Source of the DNA: Candidatus Cloacimonadales bacterium
GTDB taxonomy: Bacteria; Cloacimonadota; Cloacimonadia; Cloacimonadales; JAIOQZ01
DNA: 64,000 nucleotides
Direction: 5' to 3'
Assembly: GCA_963662655.2 (NCBI GenBank)
Contig: CAXXTU010000002.1
Coordinates: forward strand, 2,048,001-2,112,000
Position 1 is the stretch's first letter; each line of letters starts with the position of its first letter. Below are positions 1 through 7,613 of this stretch, one piece after another. The position numbers and the translations under genes are program-made. The notes under the pieces are model-generated. The model was not told where the DNA came from. It searched no databases and was given only the letters and a program-made list of their open reading frames with translations.

Positions 1-247
1 GATCGTACTCGCTATCGAGTGTGCAGGTCGCGACCGCCAGCTTCGTTGGAAACGCTTCCAGAACTTCCGGTAAAGCTTTGCCTTCAGCGTAATAACCCTG
101 CGCATGGAAATGATTGAATCCAGCGCCATCCGAAATCATAAGGATCACGTTCTTCGGTTCTGCTTCACCTTTATACTGGCAGCAGATGAAGACGATGGTC
201 GCAACAATGGCGACAAAAGCGAGGATGCAGATAATCACTTTATTCAT
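1..247 (-). CDS. Alkaline phosphatase family protein, N-terminal part (runs off the window)
   Basis: Not in the ORF track. Manual translation from ATG at 247 (GGAGG RBS upstream): MNKVIICILAFVAIVATIVFICCQYKGEAEPKNVILMISDGAGFNHF..., i.e. signal/anchor then the PKNVILMIxDG motif. Confidence 0.8.
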   Translation of the reverse strand, partial: MNKVIICILAFVAIVATIVFICCQYKGEAEPKNVILMISDGAGFNHFHAQGYYAEGKALPEVLEAFPTKLAVATCTLDSEYD

Positions 248-318
248 GGAGCCTCCGCTTGATCGGATAATTCGCCTTCGATAATTCGTCAATATAAAAG
301 GTGTGCTCTGCGATTCCC

Positions 319-502
319 GCACGGCGGGGACGGCGCAGGAAGCCTCGTTGCCAAACACATACCCTCCTTCCGAATTTCATCCGATATACGGGCATGTGTT
401 TGGCTTTTGAAGAGGCTTCCTGATTCGCATCCCGGGAGGGCTCAATGAGCCCTCCCGGGATGCGAATCGTGCGCGGTAGCGCACGCGCCGTCCCCGCCGT
501 GC
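319..502. repeat. Four-way-junction structured element, family A, copy 1 (inverted relative to copies 2 and 3)
   Basis: Abutting stems 319-336/485-502 (18 bp perfect), 337-346/412-421 plus 350-360/394-404, 422-443/447-468 (22 bp perfect), 469-474/479-484. Confidence 0.85.
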
Positions 503-654
503 TGAGCATGTGCCATGCTCTTCTCTTCTCTCTCTGACCGACGACCGAAGCAGAATCGGGAAACTTTATTTGACAGACAGTTACGGACTGTGAAAAATGG
601 ATTTAACTTGCACAATGCAAGTTTGCAAAAATACATAATCAGGATTATAAAGCC

Positions 655-1896
655 ATGAAATACAGAAAATTAGGAATCCCCATCATCGTTGCAGCGCTTG
701 CGTTGACGATTGTCATCATGCTTGTAAAATGCTCCGCAGTGCCGGAAGAACAGGAAATCATCCAGCAGGAAAATACGTACATCCCCGAGCCGACCCATAT
801 CATGAAAGAGATTCAGAAGGGTGAAAGCATCTATCAGGTACTCACGGAGATGGGCGTAACCAACGACGCGGTCGCCGATTTCATTATATTCATGGGTGAA
901 TACGTTGATATCAGCACCATACAGCCCGGCGACTCCCTCAAGGTCAAGTTCGCCACGGATGGCGCAACAATCGAGGAGATCATCTACAAGCCCGACCTTA
1001 CCACGTCTCACATCATGTATAACTACGGCGATTCTCTCTCCTACGGCTACATTCAGGAGCCGGTGGAGGAAAAGCTCAGGATGATAACCGGTGAGGTAGA
1101 GAACACGCTCGATGCAGCCCTTTTGAGCGCCGGACTAGAAGCGGCCGTCAAGCAGGCGGTGAACAACACGCTGGAAGCCTCGATCAGCTTTCAGACAGAT
1201 ACCCGCAAGGGCGACGTATTCCACGTACTGCTTAAAGAACGCTATTTTCATGGCGAAAAACTGCCTCGGGCCAAGCTGGTCTACGCCTCCTACAAGGGCA
1301 AGGTTGCAGGATTCAAGGAGGCCTTCCGTTACAATGACGACGATGTCTCTTCCGCGCTGAACGGCATGTTCAGTCCCGAGGGAAAAGCGCTTGTTCACAA
1401 CGCCGTGCGCACCCCGCTCGATTACATGCACGTGACCTCGCCTTTCGGAAAAAGAATCCACCCGATCTCCCGCAAGTGGAAGATGCATCTGGGCATGGAC
1501 CTCAGGGCCAGAGTAGGAACCCCGGTCTATGCCGTTGCGGCGGGAAAAGTAACCAGCGCAGGGCCGAACGGCGGTAATGGCAAGGAAGTCCGGATCAAGC
1601 ACAACGACATGCTCACGCACTACGCCCATCTGAGCAAGGTATATGTCAGAAAGGGCCAGGTCGTCAAGAAGGGCACGAAGATCGGTCTTACGGGCAATAC
1701 CGGTTATTCGGCGGCTCCACACCTTCATTTCGGTTTGCAGAAGAACGGGAAGTGGATCAACCCGAAGAATCTCCGCATGGTCGGGGCGCAGAAGCTCAGC
1801 GGAGACAAGCTTGACCGTTTCAAGGGACAAATGGCGATTATTAAGCAGGATGTTTCCCGCCTCTCCCCTGCGGATGAGAATGTCTTCCCGCTGTAA
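655..1896 (+). CDS. M23 family metallopeptidase (MepM/OapA-like, membrane anchored)
   Basis: N-terminal TM helix; HLGMD (HxxxD), YAHLS and PHLHF (HxH) motifs. Confidence 0.92.
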   Translation: MKYRKLGIPIIVAALALTIVIMLVKCSAVPEEQEIIQQENTYIPEPTHIMKEIQKGESIYQVLTEMGVTNDAVADFIIFMGEYVDISTIQPGDSLKVKFATDGATIEEIIYKPDLTTSHIMYNYGDSLSYGYIQEPVEEKLRMITGEVENTLDAALLSAGLEAAVKQAVNNTLEASISFQTDTRKGDVFHVLLKERYFHGEKLPRAKLVYASYKGKVAGFKEAFRYNDDDVSSALNGMFSPEGKALVHNAVRTPLDYMHVTSPFGKRIHPISRKWKMHLGMDLRARVGTPVYAVAAGKVTSAGPNGGNGKEVRIKHNDMLTHYAHLSKVYVRKGQVVKKGTKIGLTGNTGYSAAPHLHFGLQKNGKWINPKNLRMVGAQKLSGDKLDRFKGQMAIIKQDVSRLSPADENVFPL

Positions 1897-2213
1897 TTAA
1901 TTCCAGAAATATAACATTTAGCCTTTTGTATCAAGAAAAAATTTAATGTGACGATATAACAGTTTCCACGAAAAAGAGATCGTGCTTGTATGCGATATCG
2001 CTCTGAAAAAAAGTCTATTTTTCAGTAACACCCTGAGCGTTTTTCTGTTATATTATTGCTGTATGATCGAATACAATTTCCGTTATGAGAGATTATAACT
2101 TGGGAAAATAGAGGGCGGAAATTGTTATTAGAGAGGATTTTCCGATTGAGATATCCAATGACTAAATGACATCTCATTCGGAAAACCGTACAATTACTTT
2201 CAAGGAGGTACTT

Positions 2214-2345
2214 ATGATTGTTTTGTCAGATTATTCAATAGCTCCTAAACCCAGTACAAACCCGAACCTCCCAAAAGAAAAAGGAAAAAAAGAGCCTGCA
2301 AAAAAAGATTCTGGAAACTCGAAAGAAAAAAACGAGAAGAAGTAA
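2214..2345 (+). CDS. Small Lys-rich protein, 43 aa (MIVLSDYSIAPKPSTNPNLPKEKGKKEPAKKDSGNSKEKNEKK)
   Basis: AAGGAGG RBS at 2202-2208, ATG 2214, TAA 2343-2345, followed by an intrinsic terminator; below the ORF-track length cut-off. Confidence 0.55.
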   Translation: MIVLSDYSIAPKPSTNPNLPKEKGKKEPAKKDSGNSKEKNEKK

Positions 2346-2368
2346 AAACTGCAGTTGCCATTTATATG

Positions 2369-2409
2369 AAAGGCGATCGATATCGGTCGCCTTTTTCTTT
2401 TGTTTTTTT
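2369..2409 (+). terminator. Intrinsic terminator
   Basis: AAAGGCGATCGA-TA-TCGGTCGCCTTT stem followed by a T-rich tail. Confidence 0.8.
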
Positions 2410-2530
2410 ATCTTGTCACATGCCGTTCGATCCCCTCTCTAATGGGATCGTCAATTATAAATCTCTGAAATCGTTTTCGTATATCGCCCTCAACCCTTGA
2501 CAATTTTCGGAATAAAAAATCAATGACCCT

Positions 2531-2629
2531 ATCGCCGAGCTCAGCCCACCTAAACGGTAATGATCCGCACGGTACTGAGCCGATAGGGTAACTCGGGAAA
2601 CCGGATTGCCTCCCTTTTGGAAAGGCGAG
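2531..2629 (+). promoter_or_regulatory. Moco/Tuco-class riboswitch aptamer (MOCO RNA motif, P3-less variant)
   Basis: P1 TCGCC/GGCGA; CCGAGC..ACCTAA..GGT..GCCGATAGGG; P2 GCTCAG/CTGAGC; GAAA-capped P4; 3' signature GCCTCCC-TTTT-GGAAAGG matching the moaA-leader consensus GCCTCCCGTATTTGGAAAGG as recalled. Confidence 0.8.
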
Positions 2630-2673
2630 AGCTTATCTCGTACTCCAAAGCAATTTTTTTTTTGGAGGAAATA

Positions 2674-4305
2674 ATGAATAACACTGTATTTCATCTTGAA
2701 GTACCCCAGAATGAACCGATTCTCTCGTACGCTCCCGGCACATCCGAGAGAAAGCTTCTGAAAACTGAACTCGAGCGCCAGGAATCCACGCAGATCGAAA
2801 TTCCTCTGATTATCGGAGGCAAAGAGGTTCGAACCGGCAACACCGACAACGTCGTCATGCCATGCGATCACAAACACGTTCTTGCGACCTACCACAAGGC
2901 CGGTGAGGCCGAGATCAAGCTGGCTATCGAGTCGGCCCTTAAAGCGAAGAAGGACTGGGAAAACCTCTCGTGGGTGGAAAGGGCCTCCATCCAGTTGAGG
3001 GCGGCAAACCTGCTCTCTACCAAATATCGCTGGCTGATCAATGCATCGACCATGCTCGGGCAGGGCAAGAACCCATTCCAGGCCGAAATCGATTCCGCAT
3101 GCGAAACCATCGATTTCCTGCGCTACAACGCCTACTTCGCATCCCAGATTTACTCGAACCAGCCCAAATCGGGCTTCGACCAGCTCAACCGTCTCGAGTA
3201 TCGCCCCTTGGAAGGATTCATCCTGACCGTTACGCCGTTCAACTTCACGGCAATCGCCTCAAACCTCAACATGTCCGTCGCGCTTATGGGAAACACAACG
3301 GTCTGGAAACCGGCGACGACCGCGCTCCTCTCCAACTACTATCTCATGAAGGTATACCAGGAAGCCGGAATGCCGGATGGCGTTATCAACTTCATACCGG
3401 GCAGCGGCGCGCTGATCGGAAACGTCTCTCTCTCCGATCCAAGCGTCTCGGGCGTCCACTTTACAGGCTCAAACAACACCTTCAACCACATCTGGAAAAC
3501 CGTTTCCAAAAACCTGAGTTCCCTGCATTCCTACCCTCGCCTCGTTGGCGAAACCGGCGGCAAGGACTTCATCTTCGTCCACAATTCGTCCGATCCGGCG
3601 CAAGTCGCAACCGCCATCGTGCGAGGATCTTTCGAGTACCAGGGACAGAAGTGCTCCGCTGCCTCCCGCGGATACATCCCCCGCTCGATGTGGAAGGAAG
3701 TTCGCGGTCTGCTTGAGTCCATGATCGGCGAGATCAAGATGGGCGACGTCCGTGACTTCAGCAACTTCGTCAACGCCGTCATAGACGAGAAAGCCTTCGA
3801 CAGCATCATGGGCTACATCGATAAAGCCAAGAATGCGGACGACGCGGAAGTCATCATCGGCGGAAACGGCGACAAGTCGGAAGGTTACTACATCGAGCCG
3901 ACCATCATCCTCACCGAAAATCCCAACTTCGTCACCATGGAAGAAGAAATCTTCGGCCCCGTCATGACCATCTACGTCTACGACGACGAGAAGTTCGAGG
4001 AAACGCTGGACATCTGCGACAAGACGTCCCCGTACGCTCTCACCGGCGCGGTTTTCTCCAACGATCGCTACGCCTTCGTGAAAGCATGTCAGAAACTCCG
4101 ATACGCCGCCGGCAACTTCTACATCAACGACAAGCCGACCGGCGCAATCGTAGGGCTCCAACCCTTCGGCGGATCTCGAGCCTCCGGTACAAACGACAAG
4201 GCCGGCGGACCGCTCAACCTCATGCGCTGGGTCAGCCCACGCACCATCAAGGAAACCTACAACCCGCCTACCCATTTCAGGTACCCATTCCTGGAATCGG
4301 AATAA
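2674..4305 (+). CDS. pruA: L-glutamate gamma-semialdehyde (1-pyrroline-5-carboxylate) dehydrogenase
   Basis: PQNEPILSYAPG start, PFNFTAI, FTGS, GETGGKDF, FEYQGQKCSAASR, QPFGGSRASGTNDKAG; GGAGG RBS before ATG 2674 (ORF-track start 2617 looks too long). Confidence 0.96.
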   Translation: MNNTVFHLEVPQNEPILSYAPGTSERKLLKTELERQESTQIEIPLIIGGKEVRTGNTDNVVMPCDHKHVLATYHKAGEAEIKLAIESALKAKKDWENLSWVERASIQLRAANLLSTKYRWLINASTMLGQGKNPFQAEIDSACETIDFLRYNAYFASQIYSNQPKSGFDQLNRLEYRPLEGFILTVTPFNFTAIASNLNMSVALMGNTTVWKPATTALLSNYYLMKVYQEAGMPDGVINFIPGSGALIGNVSLSDPSVSGVHFTGSNNTFNHIWKTVSKNLSSLHSYPRLVGETGGKDFIFVHNSSDPAQVATAIVRGSFEYQGQKCSAASRGYIPRSMWKEVRGLLESMIGEIKMGDVRDFSNFVNAVIDEKAFDSIMGYIDKAKNADDAEVIIGGNGDKSEGYYIEPTIILTENPNFVTMEEEIFGPVMTIYVYDDEKFEETLDICDKTSPYALTGAVFSNDRYAFVKACQKLRYAAGNFYINDKPTGAIVGLQPFGGSRASGTNDKAGGPLNLMRWVSPRTIKETYNPPTHFRYPFLESE

Positions 4306-4321
4306 ATCGCTTTCTCGCTCC

Positions 4322-4354
4322 AACGCCCGACATCAGTCGGGCGTTTCCTTTTTT
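4322..4354 (+). terminator. Intrinsic terminator after pruA
   Basis: AACGCCCGAC-ATCA-GTCGGGCGTT followed by TCCTTTTTT. Confidence 0.8.
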
Positions 4355-4371
4355 CGCGCAGCACTTCCAGT

Positions 4372-4494
4372 TCGCGAGCAGATTGGTTCGATCCTCTCTT
4401 CAACGTGGTGTTCCACAGCGTAGCTTTTTTTCAACACTCCTTTCGGAGCTGTGGTATATCCACGTTGAAGAGAGGATCGGGCGAAGATGCCGCG
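4372..4494 (-). repeat. Long stem-loop element, family B, short divergent copy
   Basis: Reverse complement reads CGCGGCATCTTCGCCCGATC...AACGTGGATATA...AACACCACGT...GATCGAACCAATCTGCTCGCG, matching both ends of the 41190 and 47680 repeats. Confidence 0.8.
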
Positions 4495-4531
4495 AACGTC
4501 CCACGCTTGCTTACATCCAGGATACAACGTG

Positions 4532-4564
4532 AAAAGAGCCGCAGAATAATGATTCCGGCGGCTC
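4532..4564 (-). terminator. Probable terminator of the CotH-domain gene
   Basis: AGAGCCGC/GCGGCTCT stem with an A-run on its left (U tail on the minus strand). Confidence 0.55.
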
Positions 4565-4591
4565 TCGGTGCATTGGGATTTCCTGACAATA

Positions 4592-6940
4592 CTACTTCAT
4601 GAGTAGCGCTTTCCTGATTTTTGTGCTTTCGTCTGTCTGAAGCTTGAAAAAATACACACCGCTCGAAACCGCTGATCCACTCTCGTTCGTACCATTCCAC
4701 GTCACCTGATGCGTTCCCGCAGGCATTACGGCATCGATCAGATTCACGACCCTCTGCCCTCTGATATTATAAACCGCGAGCTTCACATTACCCTGTTTTA
4801 TAGTGAATGAGACTGTCGTGGATGGATTGAACGGATTGGGGTAGATCATTATTTCAGTTGAAACAGGAACGATATCCTCTTCGTCTTCGCTCATGTTGCT
4901 GTTGGCTGCACCCGGAGTACCATAATTCATACTCGAAGCCTGCCAGCTTTCAGCGAGCGCGTTGTCGCTCTCGGGATCCATCAGTTCAAGAGTCGGGCCA
5001 TTGCCATCCGGCTCTGTCGGCCAGGGAGATTCGTCATCGTATTCGACAGAATCGATCAGATTTTCGTTCGTGTCGTACAATCGAAGAAGTTCGCCACCTC
5101 CGCTCAATCCGAAACCGACATCTCCCACATAATTGCTCACCCCGGGGAAATACTGCATGAACAGTTCTTCGCTCTCACACAATACGAGATATGCGTTCGC
5201 GTCAAGAATCGTGCCGTCGGGAATCTGGAATGCATGGCTGTCGTCCTCATCCTTGAATACCCAGCCCGAAAGGTTTACCGATTCAGAGCCGGGATTGTAT
5301 AACTCGATCCAGTCCTCGGTATCGTGGTCGTCCGGCGAATTGTAATTGATCTCGTTGATCACGACATCGCCTGTTTCGCCTTCCACATCGATCGTTTCGA
5401 ACTCGTACTGTGCTCTTGCCGGAAAAAAGGCCCCCTGATTCGCATTCTCAGCATAGATATAGTAGTCAATATCGCAATACCCGGCTGTTAAAAACGTTCC
5501 ATACACGCCGTCCCCGGATGCGCCGTCATCGTGTGCTCCATCATCGTACATTGCCACCTCGGTGAACGGGTCGGACGCGTTACCGCGGTACCCGAGAGAA
5601 ACGTTCAAGGCATCGTCCACCTCGACGGTAATCGTAATCTGCTCGTCGGGAGATGCGGAAGCCGGATCAGTTGCAACATTCGCGATCTCGGGTACCGTCC
5701 CCTGGAATGCTGATGAACCAAGAAGGTAATCGACGCGTACATCCATCAATTGCACAATCCCGACAATAGCTCCACCACCGCCGCCGCCGCCGCTATATAC
5801 AGTTGAATTTACATTCGCCTGGAAATTGGCAAACGAGTAGAAGAAATTGGGGTCGTTCTGCACATCGTTCTCAATCATGTCCTGAAGCTCGTTTGCCCGT
5901 GTTTCGTACCAGCCGTTCTCGAACACTTCTTCGATCATCGTTCTCATGTGGGCAATATATCTTCTTTTATATGTATTGTTGCTCAGGACATTGCCGATGA
6001 TCGGATAGTATGAGCTGTTGATATTATGCAGCGGGTCGAGGTGCTGCAATTCCGTGGTACTCTGCTCGTCGTAGGGCAGGAACCGCGTGAAACCGCCGAA
6101 CGCCATATTCATGTCCCACAGGATGGGATTGAAATGATCGGATGCATCCTGAAACAGGTAGTAGTTGTGACCGAAATTGATGGGACTGTCCAAATGCACC
6201 AGAAGATTGGAGAACGCGAGAAACCACAGATGGTTATCGATATTTAACACATCCTCAATATAGTCTGTGTCGTTGTTGAACACGTTGAGGAAGTTGATCA
6301 GCTCGTCCCAGCCGGTATCCGATTCCAACTCGTAATGATCGTAGTACGATGTTGAATCCGCGCCCTCGTATCCCCAGATCGGGAACATGCTGTTCGGGCC
6401 GTCGCTCACTTCCCCTTTGAAACGAGCTTTCTCACTTGTGTTGAAGTGGCTACTCATGAAATACTTGTCCACATCCTGACAACTCGTGTAGATACCGATC
6501 AGCTCGCCATTGACATAAACATTGGCGTAATTCGCCAGACCGGCCGGCATGTAGTTGCGAGCAATCTCGTAAGCGAGCGTCTCACGCACCAGCGAAGGAT
6601 CGTGAAAGCCGTTAGCCAGCTTGATCGTGCCGTAGTTGTCGATCAATTGATCGTCGATCACATAGTCGAGCTTGATGTTAAACGGGTTTTTTTCACGGTT
6701 TGGCGAGTAAGAGCTATTCCCCTTATATCGAACGCCAACGCTGTCGTATTGTACACCGTTGATCACGACTGTCCCCAGGAGGCGATCCTCACCGACTGCG
6801 TAAAGCTGGTCGAGAATCTGATCCCAGTTGTCTTGCTCGAATGTAAGCTCGATCTCGTTTATCTGCTCAATATCGTAAAAATCCTGCGCTGAAATCTGAA
6901 ACAGGGTTATCATCATTATTACTAGAAAAGTCCACTTCAT
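4592..6940 (-). CDS. Secreted CotH kinase family protein with lamin-tail domain and C-terminal sorting-like domain
   Basis: Signal peptide; VGVRYKGNSS, HNYYL and PILWDMNMAFG (CotH); MYDDGAHDDGASGDGVYG; VVINEINYN..DWIELYN (LTD); YPNPFNPST...RKALLMK. Confidence 0.9.
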   Translation of the reverse strand: MKWTFLVIMMITLFQISAQDFYDIEQINEIELTFEQDNWDQILDQLYAVGEDRLLGTVVINGVQYDSVGVRYKGNSSYSPNREKNPFNIKLDYVIDDQLIDNYGTIKLANGFHDPSLVRETLAYEIARNYMPAGLANYANVYVNGELIGIYTSCQDVDKYFMSSHFNTSEKARFKGEVSDGPNSMFPIWGYEGADSTSYYDHYELESDTGWDELINFLNVFNNDTDYIEDVLNIDNHLWFLAFSNLLVHLDSPINFGHNYYLFQDASDHFNPILWDMNMAFGGFTRFLPYDEQSTTELQHLDPLHNINSSYYPIIGNVLSNNTYKRRYIAHMRTMIEEVFENGWYETRANELQDMIENDVQNDPNFFYSFANFQANVNSTVYSGGGGGGGAIVGIVQLMDVRVDYLLGSSAFQGTVPEIANVATDPASASPDEQITITVEVDDALNVSLGYRGNASDPFTEVAMYDDGAHDDGASGDGVYGTFLTAGYCDIDYYIYAENANQGAFFPARAQYEFETIDVEGETGDVVINEINYNSPDDHDTEDWIELYNPGSESVNLSGWVFKDEDDSHAFQIPDGTILDANAYLVLCESEELFMQYFPGVSNYVGDVGFGLSGGGELLRLYDTNENLIDSVEYDDESPWPTEPDGNGPTLELMDPESDNALAESWQASSMNYGTPGAANSNMSEDEEDIVPVSTEIMIYPNPFNPSTTVSFTIKQGNVKLAVYNIRGQRVVNLIDAVMPAGTHQVTWNGTNESGSAVSSGVYFFKLQTDESTKIRKALLMK

Positions 6941-7089
6941 TTATCCTCCCGTGCATGGCCTCTTTATACCCAGCACGTTATTAGTGACATACCCTTACAG
7001 AAAATACTGCGATATATTTGCCAAAAACACACATTTTAAATTCGGTTCTGTATTGAATTGTCGGCGCAGGAGTGAAACACGGTCGGCTA

Positions 7090-7557
7090 TTAGCTAGCTG
7101 TATGGTTATTCCAGGTTCCGGGCTCATCGACGATAAAATCGGCACAAACCTTGTAGAAAGGCAATCGGGCTGTGTAGAGATCATGGATATCCTGCTCTGT
7201 TTTCCCCTGTAAAAGTGGCCTGTCGCTGTTTCTGATACGATTCCAGAGTAAATCCCAAGGAACATCGAGGAAGATCGTCGTGTGCTCCGGTCGCATCAGA
7301 AAGTCACGGTTCGTTTCCGATTCGACGATTCCCCCACCGGTCGCGCAGATCCCATCACCGGTCATGGTTTCAAGGAGTTCCGATTCGATCTCGCGGAAAA
7401 ACTTTTCGCCGCGCTCCCGGAAAATCACGGGGATCGTCATGCCGGTCTTTTCCTCGATCAGTCTGTCCAGATCATAGAACGGGCAGCCATGTTTCTCGGA
7501 GAGGCGCTTTCCTGCGGTGCTTTTCCCACAACCCATGAAGCCAATCAGAAATACCAC
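7090..7557 (-). CDS. aroK: Shikimate kinase
   Basis: FLIGFMGCGKST, DLD, GEKFFREIE, ATGGG, RPLL. Confidence 0.93.
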   Translation of the reverse strand: MVFLIGFMGCGKSTAGKRLSEKHGCPFYDLDRLIEEKTGMTIPVIFRERGEKFFREIESELLETMTGDGICATGGGIVESETNRDFLMRPEHTTIFLDVPWDLLWNRIRNSDRPLLQGKTEQDIHDLYTARLPFYKVCADFIVDEPGTWNNHTAS

Positions 7558-7568
7558 ATCATCCTCAC

Positions 7569-7599
7569 AAAAAAAGGGCGGTCTGAAACAACCGCCCTC
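7569..7599 (-). terminator. Terminator-like hairpin between rpsA and aroK
   Basis: AGGGCGGT/ACCGCCCT stem with A-run on its left. Confidence 0.65.
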
Positions 7600-7613
7600 T
7601 ATATTCCAACAGA

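Noticed and set aside
319..502. tRNA, tmRNA or a riboswitch for the phosphatase gene
   Set aside because: Stems too long, no TTC/CCA or tag features, and sister copies lie between convergent genes
240..636. Short ORFs 240-509 and 442-636
   Set aside because: They run across the structured element and promoter region, with no protein-like features
3469..4323. 284-aa minus-strand ORF
   Set aside because: Antisense to pruA
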